A stretch of 56,535 bases of DNA, the filler included, from Sphacelaria rigidula (taxonomy: Eukaryota), in the NCBI GenBank assembly GCA_964200075.2. It is 5 parts of 5 records of this genome, joined end to end, with 100 filler letters (N's around TTAATTAATTAA, not from the genome) between each part and the next. Parts side by side here need not be neighbours in the genome. Positions count along the whole stretch, not along the records: positions 1 to 11,228 come from CAXNAA020005205.1; positions 11,329 to 22,556 come from CAXNAA020005206.1; 3 more parts are not named here. One strand, written 5' to 3'. How positions within the stretch are numbered: the first letter of the stretch is position 1; each line of letters starts with the position of its first letter. Below, piece after piece: positions 1 through 12,740 of this stretch. The translations under genes and the position numbers were made by a program. The notes below the pieces were generated by a model. It searched no databases and was not told the origin of the DNA. It saw nothing but the letters and a program-made list of their open reading frames with translations.

Positions 1-711
1 TAGACCAAACTTTTCTTCGACATCCCGGCGCACGCGAGATGTCGTAAGGGGCTGATGATTTATTGGCATCGATCGTTCTCTCGAAAACCTGCAGCACAGA
101 CAGTACCCAGCCCAGAGATTACAGGATAATGTTGTCTGTGCTGTCTCATGCAGTGAGTTGTAGGTATCAGCTTGCACACAACAGTAGTATGCACGGCCGT
201 AGTAAAAATGATGCGTACGCGTGAGATTTGTGGACAACGTGCAATACGGCAGTATACATGCGCACATGTCAGGTTGGAGACGGTAATATACAACGGCTGC
301 AATATAATTGATGTGGAGGAGTGAAGTACAGACAGTATTTTCCTAGCGGTATTTTTTCCTCATAATATGTTGCGAAATACCAGGGGATAAAATCCGTGTA
401 CATGATGTATCCATTTTCTTTCTTGCTCGAGGGGTATTATACACCGTTCACATGTTCTCACGGAGGGGGTGTTATCTACCGTATTCTTCTCGGAATTATA
501 TTGCTCGTCAGTTACAAGAACAGTAGTAGTGTCTGTACCAGTACAGTCAGCACCGTTGCAGATGCCAACAACCCTTGCCGCCCTCCACTTACTCAAACAA
601 AAGCTAATCCCCCCGAAATAACGCAGCTGCGAACACGCGTTGAGAAAAGGTCCACACTCATTTACACCACCATCAATCGTCTCAGGGTATCAGGATACCA
701 GGACGTTGACA

Positions 712-1560
712 ATGATGCCAAAAGAGACAGCACAGAAGAGAGCAGCGCGCGGCCTGTCCCCATTGCAGAGAGAACCTGCAGCAGAAATAGCAACGACGCG
801 CCCGCCAGAGGTAAACACAAAGCCGAACGTTCCTCCGTCTCACGTCTCCGATCGTCCGACAGCAGCCGGGCTGCCGCTGCGTTCCAGCTGCAACGAATGC
901 ATCAAACTCAAGCGTGCGTGTCGCTGGGGTCCGACATCACAGTCGGGCGATAAGGTTCCACCCAATGGTGCTGCTGGTGCTGCTGCGTCATGTCTCTTGT
1001 GCACGCGAATGGGCAAGGTTTGCTCTCGCAGCACCAAGAAGAGGTCTGGCCCTGCTAAGGGGGCAAAGTATACCCGCAAAAAAGATCGTGCTAAACAGCA
1101 ACAACCTCCAGAAGCACAAACGGCTGCGGCGCCTACACCACAAGCGACCAAGACAGTAGCCGCAGCAGCCACAAGACGGCAGTCAAAGAAGCAGAGAAGC
1201 CTGCAGAGCGCTCCAGCTTCTTGTGAGGTGGGCAGCAAACGACGCGCCGCTGACAGCATCTCGTGTTCACCTCCTTCGTCTACGTCAAGCGTCCCAGCGG
1301 TGCCACAGAAACTACCCCGACTGGCGGCGGCGGAGATTCTGTCAACGAAAATGAACAACGACAACAGTGTAGGGGCGGAGGATCGGCATGAAGAACCCTC
1401 CACGGCGGTGGAGAAGGATGAAAGGCAGGTACCGGGGGTGGAGGACGCGGCACGATTACTGCTGCACATGCTGTCTGCTGCTTCTGCTGCTGCATCGTCA
1501 GTATCATCTCGGGCATCACCGGAGATGGTGAGTGTAATTGTCACACCGTCTAGTTTTTAG
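712..1560 (+). CDS. Zn(II)2Cys6 binuclear cluster transcription factor, single exon
   Basis: Open frame 640-1560 with first ATG at 712. Contains LRSSCNECIKLKRAC-x23-CLLCTRMGKVC followed by a basic tract (KKRSGPAKGAKYTRKK), a low-complexity A/S/P/Q region and C-terminal EDAARLLLHML. Confidence 0.75.
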   Translation: MMPKETAQKRAARGLSPLQREPAAEIATTRPPEVNTKPNVPPSHVSDRPTAAGLPLRSSCNECIKLKRACRWGPTSQSGDKVPPNGAAGAAASCLLCTRMGKVCSRSTKKRSGPAKGAKYTRKKDRAKQQQPPEAQTAAAPTPQATKTVAAAATRRQSKKQRSLQSAPASCEVGSKRRAADSISCSPPSSTSSVPAVPQKLPRLAAAEILSTKMNNDNSVGAEDRHEEPSTAVEKDERQVPGVEDAARLLLHMLSAASAAASSVSSRASPEMVSVIVTPSSF

Positions 1561-4500
1561 TTGCACTTGTCCTGAGGGGCGGAGTTTCTTCTGTATCTTG
1601 CAATTAGTGTGCGAAACTCGCCGTAATGCGTTGTATGGTGTGTGAGCGAGAAAGCGTGGAGTGCTCCAGACTGAACTGAGCCAGCCATGTCATGCCATCG
1701 CCAGCCACGTATGCGACAGCACGTACGCTTTCAACAAACTTCACTTATCGTGAGTTTTTTTAGCACGTTGCACTACTGTACTGTTATTACAGCTATCCCG
1801 CACGGGTGACCGCCTTAATGCGGAAAAAATCATTATCATCTCGATCGCACACTTCTGTGCATCGCAGTCCAGAACATCTCCCTGACCATACAGTACAGTA
1901 GCTCACGAAAGAGGTTCACCTGCACAAGAATCGGGAACGCAACAGACAGGAAGTAGTACACTGACACGTTGATGAAATTTGTATTTATTGATACCGTGGA
2001 TTCAGTGCACTCAGTACAGACCATGAAGTTCAAAAAGCACAGACACCAGGTACTTCGCCTGTACACAGATCGGAACAAAACGTCCAAGGAACGTCATGTC
2101 TTTTGAAGCAGCACCAGATAATTGCCTCTCCTTCATCTAACTTCAACTCAGCCGTGTTCCGGTATGGCGTATACGTTGCTCGCGAACCTTCGGGCTTCCT
2201 ATTGCATTTTCCCGCCTAGCTTGGCTTGCCAGTAGACGGGTGAACGGCGAACGAATTTGTGGCGATTTTATGCGTCTCATTTTCATCTTTGCCTACGAAA
2301 ATCCGTACGTTGAAGATACCACAGTCAAGACCGTCTCTTGTGATGTGACCCATCGTAGGTTTGAAGAAAGTGTCACCTTCTGATCTCTAGTTCCACCACA
2401 TCCACCTGTGCGGATCTACTTTTTTATGTAGCTCTTACGTCTTAGAAGAGGACATATATTTGTGCCACCAGCAGTGGCTCTGTCGAGCGTGCCTCGGCTC
2501 CTGATGTTGTAAATAGAGGTGTTACTCTTCGCGATACAGTACTATATGCGGGCTGTGGGCCGACCGTCAAGGCATGAACGAGCGGTGCGTGATGAGAAAT
2601 TCATATTCTGTGCGTGAGATGATTCCTATCGGCACTGCTTGATAGTTTTCAACATCGCCTCGTTGGTATCTCACTTGCGCTTATTTCAGTCCAGTTGGCT
2701 GGGAAATCAAGCGAAGCTCAAATCGGCAGCAACAGGTCATTTTGTACACGAGTGTGTATTTTACGCCACGGTGTGGGCTGTGCATCTACAGCCACAACAA
2801 ATCATACTTTGCCTGATGTACTATTTCCACCCCCTTTGACCTAGTGACCTCAGCCTGCCCCAACTTGGGGTTGGTGTTAAGGTCAGGTATGATTGTGATC
2901 ACATGAGGGGGGAGGAGTCATATGATGGCCATCCCTCATTTGCGCCGAACTAGGTTTAACCCTTGGACCACAAGGGTAAGTCCACCTGCCGAATCGGCAT
3001 CAAAATTCACTCGAAAAAAGTATGCATTATCCAGATGGACTACCCACACCGCGGTGTAAGGATAAAGTCGCCCTCGTTTTCACTATACCCAATGATTTCA
3101 CAGTAGGAACCAGTGTCGTGTCTCAAGCATATTACAGTGCAATACGCGGAATCCCTCAGCAAGCTCTCGGCACAATCGCATACAAATGTACATGAGAGTA
3201 GACGGCAGCACCCCTCGTTTCAGGCGGTGGAGCAAAACTTGAGCCCAGGCAGCACACAATTACCTGTGGCACAAATGCTCTCTCCTGAAGCACAAGTTAC
3301 ATGAAAAAAAAATGCACCTGTGCGGATGGAAATCAGAGTGATTGTTGTATTGTCAGTGATACCGACACAGGCTAATGGACATGTATTTCGAGTCAGAATC
3401 CATTAGCCAGGAAATCACAAGAGCGGCAGTGCTCGCGTGCTCTGCTGTTGTCTCCTCTTTCCTCTTGTACTTCTGTACAGAAGACGGTCCGCCGTGGAGA
3501 ATCAACAGTGTAGAGGAAAATTCAGGACTTGTTTAAAGAAACGAGGCTTGGTTCAACGCCGCAGTTCAATACTGTACCTCGTATTACAGATTGGGGAGCG
3601 ATACGTAGCCGGAACCGATGTGCTACGGTTGAGCATTTCTCTAAGAAGGCATCAAGCCTTGTCAAAATGATGGAAATTCATGTTTTCTACGTGATAGCGG
3701 GTCGAATCTTTTGCAGGCTTTGCCCCCCTCATCTCTTCGGCGTTTTGAACTACGAACGGTTTTTGCACCCCATATCTGCAGCTGAGCAAACAAAATCGTG
3801 AGAGAGGGAGTGCCGACACACGCGCTGCACTCGAAGTACCACGAAGCGGTCCAGTCAAAACCAAAACTTCAAAACTTCGTGCGTACTACAAACCCCGTCG
3901 CCCTTGTATACTGCTGTCGTACTTTAACGCTACTGTGTGGGGTACCCATATATTATAGTATACTGTTTACTGTACTCGGATAGGGTCCTGGAAACAGCTT
4001 ATGTTTCATGACGTCATGTCTGGTGATCACAGCAGGCGGTGCCGAACCCCACGCGTGCTCGGAATGATCCCCCCCTGAATTTGCGATCATTGTACTCGCA
4101 TTTCTTCCGATATGTGCCTGGCCATCGAAGCGTGTTTTTTTGCTACCATGGATACGTTTTAGGTGGTTTGCCTGACTGTTGCACCGGCAGGACAGCATGA
4201 CCAGGACACACAGACAGTTCATCCAGTACCCATCGTAGAGCACAATCGACCCGTGGGTGGCAGTACGAAATGATCGAAAATACTGTACTACTGTTGTTTC
4301 CTACGACAGACAACAACCTTTCTCGCCAGGTTGAGTATCCTTCAGTTAGTTGATCGAGAGGAAGGATCCAAAGAAACGGAAATCCTTTTCTATTCATCGA
4401 TTGTCCTTTCTTGGGGGAATACTTCGCCGAGCCAGTCGAGAAGCGGCTCGAGTGAAAGCTCTCAGCCAGAGGTGGGATGAATCTAATTTAATGTATGTGT

Positions 4501-4919
4501 GTGTATATATATATATATATTTCGATTGGATTCGTTAATCAGCCGAAGTCTACATTTCCAGATTTCCAGAAATGGTCAAAAATAAAAAATACCTGGCACA
4601 GTTTCACTGCCGAAATGCCCCTCCAGACCTTGTACGAGTCCTACGCACTCTTTCTACTGGTATGTTCCCAAGTATGAGCCTGCCACTAAAGCCTCTGGTA
4701 TTTCTGGGTAGGATCTCGACGTGCAGCTGTAAGCGCACGACATTATTACAGGCGAAGAGGGAAGTCACGACTCGGAAAAGTCAATCTAGAGCGAATCTTG
4801 AAGCCCGTACTCGATCAAATCCTAGACACCCAGGGGAACAAGGTTGAAGGTTATTGAACTTGTCTCGAGATTTGCGTTTGACGAACTTGATAAAATGTGC
4901 TCGAGATGGGGTAGCGCCC

Positions 4920-5185
4920 GAGTACTGCTGACGAGCACGGTAATTGATTTATATTTATTTTTTGTGTATTTTTCCGTCTCCTTTCCCTTGTTTCGTTTCT
5001 TGGTCTGATACTTTCTTTTCTTCTTTATCTCCCCCTCCCCCACCCATTTTTGCTCTTCTCTAACCAGTGTTCCCGTTTGATTTTCCTTCGGTTCGTCTAT
5101 ATACTGTGATGATCACGGTTTGATTCCTCGGGGATCAGTTCTATGCGACAATCAATCACTCGATTAATATATCAACCAACCAATC
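4920..5185 (+). mobile_element. 3' end of non-LTR (LINE/SINE-like) repeat with CAAT tail, diverged copy
   Basis: T-rich tract, then cacggtttgattcctcggggatcagttctatgcgacaatcaatc, homologous to copies ending at ~18895 and ~42161. 5' boundary approximate. Confidence 0.55.
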
Positions 5186-6964
5186 GAAGATTCTCCGGGT
5201 TCTTAGATACGTGGTAATGTCGGCAGTTGATACTCTGTAACTTCGAAGCAGTGCTGTGATTGGCCCGCTGGCGTTGAACCGCAGCAAAGCTCCTTTGGGT
5301 GTTCAGATTCCGAGGAAGATCCGAGCACTTGCCCGAAAATCACGTTGAGTCATACAGCCCCGGAGTTTTGATGCCTTTGATAGGAGCAGGGTGCGGCTTC
5401 TCCGACCGTCAGCAGGTCCTTTTCGAAAGGAATTAACCCCTTTCAAAAATTCCCACCTGAAAAAGATGACCTGAGATTGATCGCTGCGATACCCTCCCTC
5501 CCCCATAGAAATATTCAAAAATGGGTCCCCAGATGGGCATTAGCTCCGTAAGCCCGTTTTTAAGGCAGTGGGCCCACAGATAGGGGCAAGTTTTATGAGT
5601 TGCAAAGTTTCTCAACCAATCAGAGTCTCTAAATACACCGAAATGCGGCGACTTTTCTTCAATCAGATGAGAGATATTAGTAGCAGGTAGGTCAAAAAGC
5701 AGGTTTGATTGGTCCAGACATTGCGCCGCTGCGACATAGACAGCTGCTACCGGCAATATACGAGGATACAGCAGCTCCGTGCTGGCTCAGTTTGTTTGTC
5801 CCAACCTGCACGCACCCGCCTGGCGTGTGTTCCCCGATCACAGCACCCGGCTATAACTGAAGTACCAGAGAAGACTCAACAGACAGCTGTACAGCCGTCA
5901 CGAGACGATTGTTTCAACATTTCTTTGTTTTGACAGCACCTTGCCCCACCCCATTTCTGTGCAGCCCGAAACACGGCATGAAGCAGTACAACTGCTCAGG
6001 CACTCTCCAGTGCACATCGCACCGTCATCGTCGTAGAGTGTTTAGATGCCCAACAGCACAGCGAGAACTGCAGCATAGAAATGATGGGTTTGGGGAGAGC
6101 CTTATTCCTTTGACTCGAGACGAAACAGCCAACACAACATGGACGTGTTAACGGTGTGTAGAGAGTACGGCGTGCCAACATTATTTTTCATAGAGACGAA
6201 TGGCATGACAATATAAAGCACCTCAGGCACTCCCAGCGGAGATCAAACCGTCTCCACGAAGACCTGCGAAGACGCCCCAGCGCAGCGACAGCTGCAGCAC
6301 ACAAAACAGAGCATGAGTGTGTTTGTGCTGCAGCACGGTGGTACAGGACGTGTCCCATTCGATAGTTCTTTCCCTGATTTCGGGTGGGTCCTCGATTTTT
6401 GCCCAGCGGGGATTTTTAAACGCTCGGCCATAATCGCGCTTCTCGCGAAGATACTTTACTTCACTTTGCGTTCCCCCTATCTGTGGGAGGTGAGCCGTTT
6501 TGAATAAAAAACAAGCTCCGTTTTTTTTTTTCCAAGGCAACCCCCCCTTGTTGTATGCCCCATTTCAAGCCTTTTTCAGCGAAAATATGCGTACTTTATG
6601 CGCCCCCTTCGCGCCGTTGTTGTGGCGTCGTGGCAGTATCCCCTCACGAGGCGCGCCTTCTAGCATGAGGAGAAGACGACAACTTGTGCAATCGAAGTTT
6701 TAAATTTTGTTTTTCATAAAGAAATAGGACTTTTCTCCCATCATTGAGTTTGAACCCCACCCCAAACCACCCATCGAATCAACGTGTCCGCACTACGTAC
6801 GCTCATGATTCATTATGCAGCAGTGGGTCACTGCAGCTTCTGGACACAGGGTATTGCAGCCTTTGGCCTCTCGCCCGGCAAACTTCAAGCTACAAACTAG
6901 CACCTCCGCCCCCCCCCCATCATCTACCATCAGTCGACGTTTGAAATCGTGTCAAACTTCCGGC

Positions 6965-7311
6965 TCCGATTGTACTTGAGCATAACCACGGCTTCGATCC
7001 GGTCACCTAACGCCCTCTCCTGGCGGGAGTCCAAACACCCCCCTCAAAATGAAGAACACTCGCTCCATGAACGCGGATGATGGCTGAATAAGTACGATAT
7101 CCATCGCCACGAGATACGAAGTGGGAAGCCTTGTTTTGTTTTCATCCCAAAACGACAGCAAACAGTAATTTGAGTGCGCGCGTGAGGCTGCGACCAACAA
7201 GTCATCCTTCTCGGACAAAAGGCGCGCCATAACCTCGGGGGTCACGAAGGGGAAAACAGCAAGCTGGCGGACCTCCTCCCCGGTGTAGCCTGTACACTGC
7301 TTAATATACAC
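6965..7311 (-). pseudogene. hAT transposase C-terminal dimerisation-domain fragment
   Basis: Minus-strand translation LLSFWDENKTRLPTSYLVAMDIVLIQPSSAFMERVFFIL matches the hATC pattern W..(LP)...A..VL.(Q)PSSA..ERVFS. No intact upstream ORF. Confidence 0.75.
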
Positions 7312-8519
7312 GAAGTCGAGGAGCTAACGCTGTGGAATGTACGCCCCTTGGTACAACTGTTATACAAAATATTGATTACATTTTTCAATTTGACATAGTA
7401 TCAAATATATGAAACACAACATGAACGTTTGCTTCATAGACCCGCAACCATAGCAGTTTGGAGTATTGAATATTGAAGCCTGTCTGGTGACGAGTAACGA
7501 GTGACGATTCACGCCATAGGCTGAGGGAGCATTCTCAGGCAAGTGATACACTGGCTGCAGGAGCTGCATGAAAAAGTTTCGTGATTTTATGCGCGTTTTG
7601 AGCACATTGAAAGCTTTTCCAATATTTTAACCTCTCTTTGAGCTTTTCGAACAATACTGATTTAAGCCCGAGAACCCCGAATTAAGCTAAACCTTAGGCG
7701 CGTTTACGGAGCTAATGCCTATCCCCAGATCACCTTTGCAAAAGTGGCGTTGTGTGTAACTTGAACGAGAGAGCACATGTCCCGTTGACGAGTGCACATG
7801 CAGAGGCTTGCCACACACTACCCAACACAAACGGAGGTGAACCTAAGGCTTCAAATCTCCTCAAAATCGCAGCTAATTCTAGCCGCCTAGCGCCAGCAAT
7901 TCGAGCACGTAATCGGTGCACAAGAATGTATATGTATGGGGAAAAAAGGAAATCACTGAACTTTGCGACGTGAAATAAAAAAACGAAGCGGTGAGACAGC
8001 AGTGTAGCATAAATAGCAATCCGCGTGTACCACCCAACCGCCAGGAACTACTGGTAGTACGACAACTTGGTAACGTTTTTGACCGTGACTTCATCAGCCA
8101 GGAAACTTTAACAGAAATTTTGAGTCTTGCCCATGCTTCGGTATCACATTGCCCAGCCACCACGGAACGCTTAACGCGTGATGCCGACAGAATGAAGCTA
8201 AGCACACACAACAACGTTACGAAACGCAGTCTTGCTTCACATTTCAGATCCGCTCAATCAACAACTGTCCGTGCCCGATCTATCTATATTATATTTTTTA
8301 AAGTTTTTTGTCTGCGAAATTCGTGTCTTCATCTATGTGCTCGCCCCGGTGACAGCGTCCCCACGGTCATTGTAGTACAAAAATTTAGAAATCTTGACTT
8401 GAGTATGACACATGGGAACACATAGCCGGGGGAAAACAACTCTTCCAATTGGTTACAAAACCGATCAGTCAACCAGTTGTACTAGTTTGCTGTAACTGAT
8501 CAGGTAAACTGGCATCCAG

Positions 8520-8970
8520 TTCACAACTCTAGGATATACCCTTTCAGCAAATGCCCAGTTGCGCGTATCTGTACAACCTTCATACCGTATTCCACTGGTT
8601 CATGTGTAAGTTCTGTGAAACTTCCATCCGGGTACTCGATTATTCTGTAAGTTTTGCAAGAAATATCATACCCTACCGAACATATCCGTACCCTACGGAA
8701 CACAATCTCGGATTTTTTCCCTCTGTAACCGCCCTTGGGGGAATCTTGAAAGAAAAAAACAGGAACAAAACCTTACCCGAACTCAGCTAGGCGCAAGCAC
8801 TATTATGTATCGAAGTATGGCTTCGGAATATTTCAAGGTTATGCTGTTCTGTAGGGTACGATTTTCTCTATACCTCTGGTATTTACCCCCTTATTACCCA
8901 TACCCGACTGTTGTGTTACTTCTGTAAGTCCCTCATGATGGTACCCGACAAAACACAACCTTGGAATGAT
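8520..8970. repeat. Internally repetitive non-coding element
   Basis: Recurrent ttctgt(a/g)ag, ataccc and gggtac motifs. Begins tcacaactctagga and ends acacaaccttggaa. Family not identified. Confidence 0.35.
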
Positions 8971-9829
8971 CCACTGATTACACCTCCTAGTCGCCCAATG
9001 TAGCCCACCTGGAGGTGAGGCTGTATTTTACCATTTGGCCATCTAGTATAGACACACAAGAACAGAGGGTGATTTCTGCTCTCTGCTCAATGTTTGCAAC
9101 CTACTGCGTGAAGAAATAGAATCAGTGTGCACTGACTGTACTGTGGAGTGAAAAAGCAAGGGCGCTATTCCAATGTATTGTCTGTTCCATTTATCCGCGG
9201 ATGAAAAAAAGCCGTCTGAATGGTACACTCCGCAGCAGCAGCGCGACCCCTCAAGGTACAACAGTTGGGATGAGATGACATGCAGGAGATACGCTCGCAA
9301 CGGCTTGAAATTAGAAAAAAGCACGAAGATGAAGCGGGGCAGAGAATGTGTTGCTTGAGTACATCACGGCAGTAGTGATGGTCAGGGTGCACCCCTTACT
9401 TGCGCACGACAGGATGTACTGCCCACTCAGCATACCGAAACGTTGACCCACGTGGCTTGGCCAGAAGAATTGGCCAGAGGTCATTGTGTGATGATTACCA
9501 CACAAACAAAAAACATACGCCTGTTCAGGTAAATGGGCGTCTTGTGTCACAAGAAAAACGAGAGATCCTGAGCCCAATTTTACACCGGGCGATATCGGGC
9601 GATCTAGGGGCGGGCTGGAGGCCAACGGGTTCACACGTCGGACAGGTCATGAGCTATTTTACACAAAGTATCTAATCAAATAGGACTCGCAGATCCTTTG
9701 TCCAACACAAAATACGTGACAGCGGGGTCCGAGAAACCAAAGCGCTACGACCTTTGCGCTACGCCGCGAGCTCGGCGTCCAGGCTGTAAGGACAGAAATA
9801 GGGCGGAAAAAAAGGGCAGGGCAAATGAA

Positions 9830-10548
9830 CTAGTTCATGATCCCGACCAGTACACAAGTAAGAAGTGATATTCGGTAGCTGATGAGCTGTCCGCCGTGTA
9901 AAAGGATTAGCTCCGTTATCGCCCATGAGCTAGCAGGACGCTTTCTTTCATTTATCCGCAGGGGTTCGGAATCGTTGCTTTGGCGGGAGAGAGAACGCGT
10001 CCATGTGAACGAGGGTTCCGGGCCAGTTAGGTCATTGCCATGCAAATGGCTTCGTCCCCTCTCCTGGATGTTTGCATGCCACCAGTAGCTGCTCTCCAAT
10101 CGCGTATGCATCTCCGCTGTTGTGAGCATCGATGGCAACGATATAATAGCAGGATACGAAGGCGTGCAGGGCGCAGCCATCCTGCTCGTGATAAACGTTG
10201 ATTAACACAAGCTACTCTGTAACAAGACCCCACCTTGGCAGCTCAACCACGTTGGCCTGCTGCGATGCTTTTGATCGAAAAACTAGAATGGGCAAAATTT
10301 GTGTCATCGCCCGGACATCCTGCTAGGTGTTCCTCATCCTCAACATCGTCACCCTCCAGGTGGCTGTCAGGACTCGCAGCAGGCTGAGGGCGCCAAGACG
10401 GTTTACCCTTGTACCGCCCAATGCCTTCTGCTCCGATGATACGTCCTGACAGTTCAGTGAACATTTGGAGTATGACATTTTTATATGCGTTGATGGCCGT
10501 ATTATGGCACTCGGGCGCTAAAAAAAACATTTTTTTTTCAAGGAGCAT
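9830..10548 (-). pseudogene. Possible Helitron Rep (HUH) fragment
   Basis: NIQERGRSHLHG (~10040-10075) resembles Helitron Rep motif 2 (ExQxRGxxHxH). Flanking frames are broken and only this one motif is seen. Confidence 0.3.
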
Positions 10549-11228
10549 GCCAAGTGGGTGCAGCGGCCTATGTCCATGATTTAGCTCTCAAGTTGGAGTT
10601 GTGGGGCGTCGTTTGTCTGCTGCGAAGACCGTCACAGGGGTGCGCCCGCATAGGCTACGATTTGTAAAAACTTCAGGTATGACTTACCACCGTGCCCACC
10701 ACTCATGGTGATCTCGTCTCACCCGGAACTACAGTATATGTTTTTTTCACCCACCCCGTATTAATGTGCGGTACGGTGTACCGGGGAGAAGTGGGTCGAT
10801 CCCTTGAGACTACGGACGCGACGCGTCCCGACGATGGGAAGAGTTCAAAGTGCGGCATATAAATGAACGAATAAAGAATCGCCCTGTACTCACCACGCGA
10901 CGCAAATACATATGGGAGTGGCAACAGCGCGGCGGGCCCACCCCCCCATGTTTTTATGTAGCAGGCCCTGTAATAAACTCCCATTTGAGCCAAAACACAA
11001 CACATCGCGTAGGGTTCTTTATGGATATGCCGTCTCCCTTGCTCGACGGTGTTTCGGTGTGCCTTTGGTTGGGGTTAGCGTCCTGGTTTGACGGAAACAA
11101 AGTACTTGAGGAGGTCACATAGGTGAAGTGGGTTACGTGGGGCAGGTTGTGTCACCTCAACCACGGGGTTGGGGATGCCACAGTTTGGGTTCATTTGAAA
11201 GATATATACTGGGGGTGGTGGTAGAGGG

Positions 11229-11328
11229 NNNNNNNNNNNNNNNNNNNNNNNNNNNNNNNNNNNNNNNNNNNNTTAATTAATTAANNNNNNNNNNNNNNNN
11301 NNNNNNNNNNNNNNNNNNNNNNNNNNNN
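11229..11328. other. Artificial linker 1
   Basis: N44-TTAATTAATTAA-N44; the core gives stops in all six frames. Confidence 0.98.
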
Positions 11329-11414
11329 GTTTCGGCGAAAATTCGGCGTGCTCCGTCCCGGCATCGTAGGGATGCGAGGTCAATGGTCAGCTGACTATGG
11401 CATGCATAATCATG

Positions 11415-11417
<3 letters not shown>

Positions 11418-11464
<47 letters not shown>
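11418..11464. repeat. (CA)n microsatellite
   Basis: Uninterrupted AC dinucleotide run. Confidence 0.97.
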
Positions 11465-11467
<3 letters not shown>

Positions 11468-12585
11468 GGGCCCCGGCCCCAGCCCCCCGTCCCTCCCTGT
11501 CACTCGAAACGTAGTCTCGAGGAATGATGACTCATCATTCCCCTGGTCCTATGGCTGTCTGATATTTGGGTATCGCGGATTGGATTATGGCTGTCAGCAC
11601 TCCTACACCGCGTAGGTGCTCGTCAAAAATCCGTCGACTAATGACATCCCTACATGTTTTGCGACTAATGATAATGGCAAGAGACGAGATTGCTGTTCTG
11701 CTCACAAAGAGCGTATTCCGTCGGGACCCGAGCCCTCAGTCTCTCATCTTGACTATATGTAGTATAGTGGATGTTGCAACACTGGGGCGCGGCAGTCGGG
11801 TAGTAATGGTGTGATGGTGTAATGGATGCAACATGCTGCCGGGTCAGGTAGGCGGTTTATGAATATATTACACCTTGGACAAAATATGATCAATAGATGC
11901 AATAGGAGAGAGGTGTACTGCATGAAGTACAGGCCCATTACGACTATTGTCGGCCGGCAATTGTTGCAATAAGCCTATACTTTACGCAGTACACTTCTCT
12001 CCTATTGCATCCATTGACCATATATTGTCCAGGGTGTGGATTATATATATATATATACTGTCGTAATCCAACTGCAAAAAATATATTTCCGTCATGCTTT
12101 TTGTTGGTTTGATGGGCTGCTCTAGACGTGTACGTTTCGTCGTCTTCTAGGCAGTGTTGGTCTCTTTTCCGTTGTGTATATATGAAAACAGTTCCGTTAT
12201 CCGGCATGAGGCCGTGACAACAGTATCGATATTTACAAGAGTCTGAGCCGCTAGGTGCTTTTGTTTGCCCGTGGCACTTTCCCTTGTTTTGGCGCGCCAA
12301 GTGTTTGACGATAGCGAGTTGACTGTAGCTGAAGCTTGGGTGGATACTATTTTGTGCAGCTTGAGCTTTTTCATCGCTGCACCCCGGCACCCCGACCTCT
12401 GCATTGAAAACACGAATTAAAGATGTTCTCGCGTGATGCAGCAGCTACAGACCCTCTCGGCTGAAATGACAATGTCCCATCTTCGTGGTAGTGCAACACG
12501 CACTCCACCATCTAGCGTGAGGGAAACTTGAGGTACATCGGCATTGCTTGTCTCATGCCCCTTCTATGTTTCATGTTTGCGGCAG

Positions 12586-12740
12586 ACGGGTATCAACATC
12601 CACGCGGTGCAAAAGTATGCAAAACAGCTCATGGCGGCGTTGAAGCACATGGCGTCGAGGCGGCTGGTTCACGCGGACATCAAACCGGACAACATCCTCG
12701 TCGACCAGGGATTTGGCTCGCTCAAGCTGGCCGATTTCGG
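12586..12740 (+). CDS. PRPF4B: PRP4 kinase exon (catalytic loop to DFG); gene 5' part lies outside this block
   Basis: cag|ACG...TTCGG|gtgagt. Encodes TGINIHAVQKYAKQLMAALKHMASRRLVHADIKPDNILVDQGFGSLKLADFG. Phase-compatible with the next exon. Confidence 0.92.

Noticed and set aside
300..503. Weak palindrome upstream of the Zn2Cys6 gene (caatataatt / aattatattg; ccgtg / cacgg)
   Set aside because: Only short AT-rich matches; too degenerate to call.
396..1544. Overlapping ORFs 396-953 (+) and 840-1544 (-)
   Set aside because: Shadow frames of the GC-rich Zn2Cys6 gene with no recognisable motifs.
11273..11284. TTAATTAATTAA as a piggyBac target site or biological motif
   Set aside because: Identical in all four N-flanked linkers, so it is an artefact.
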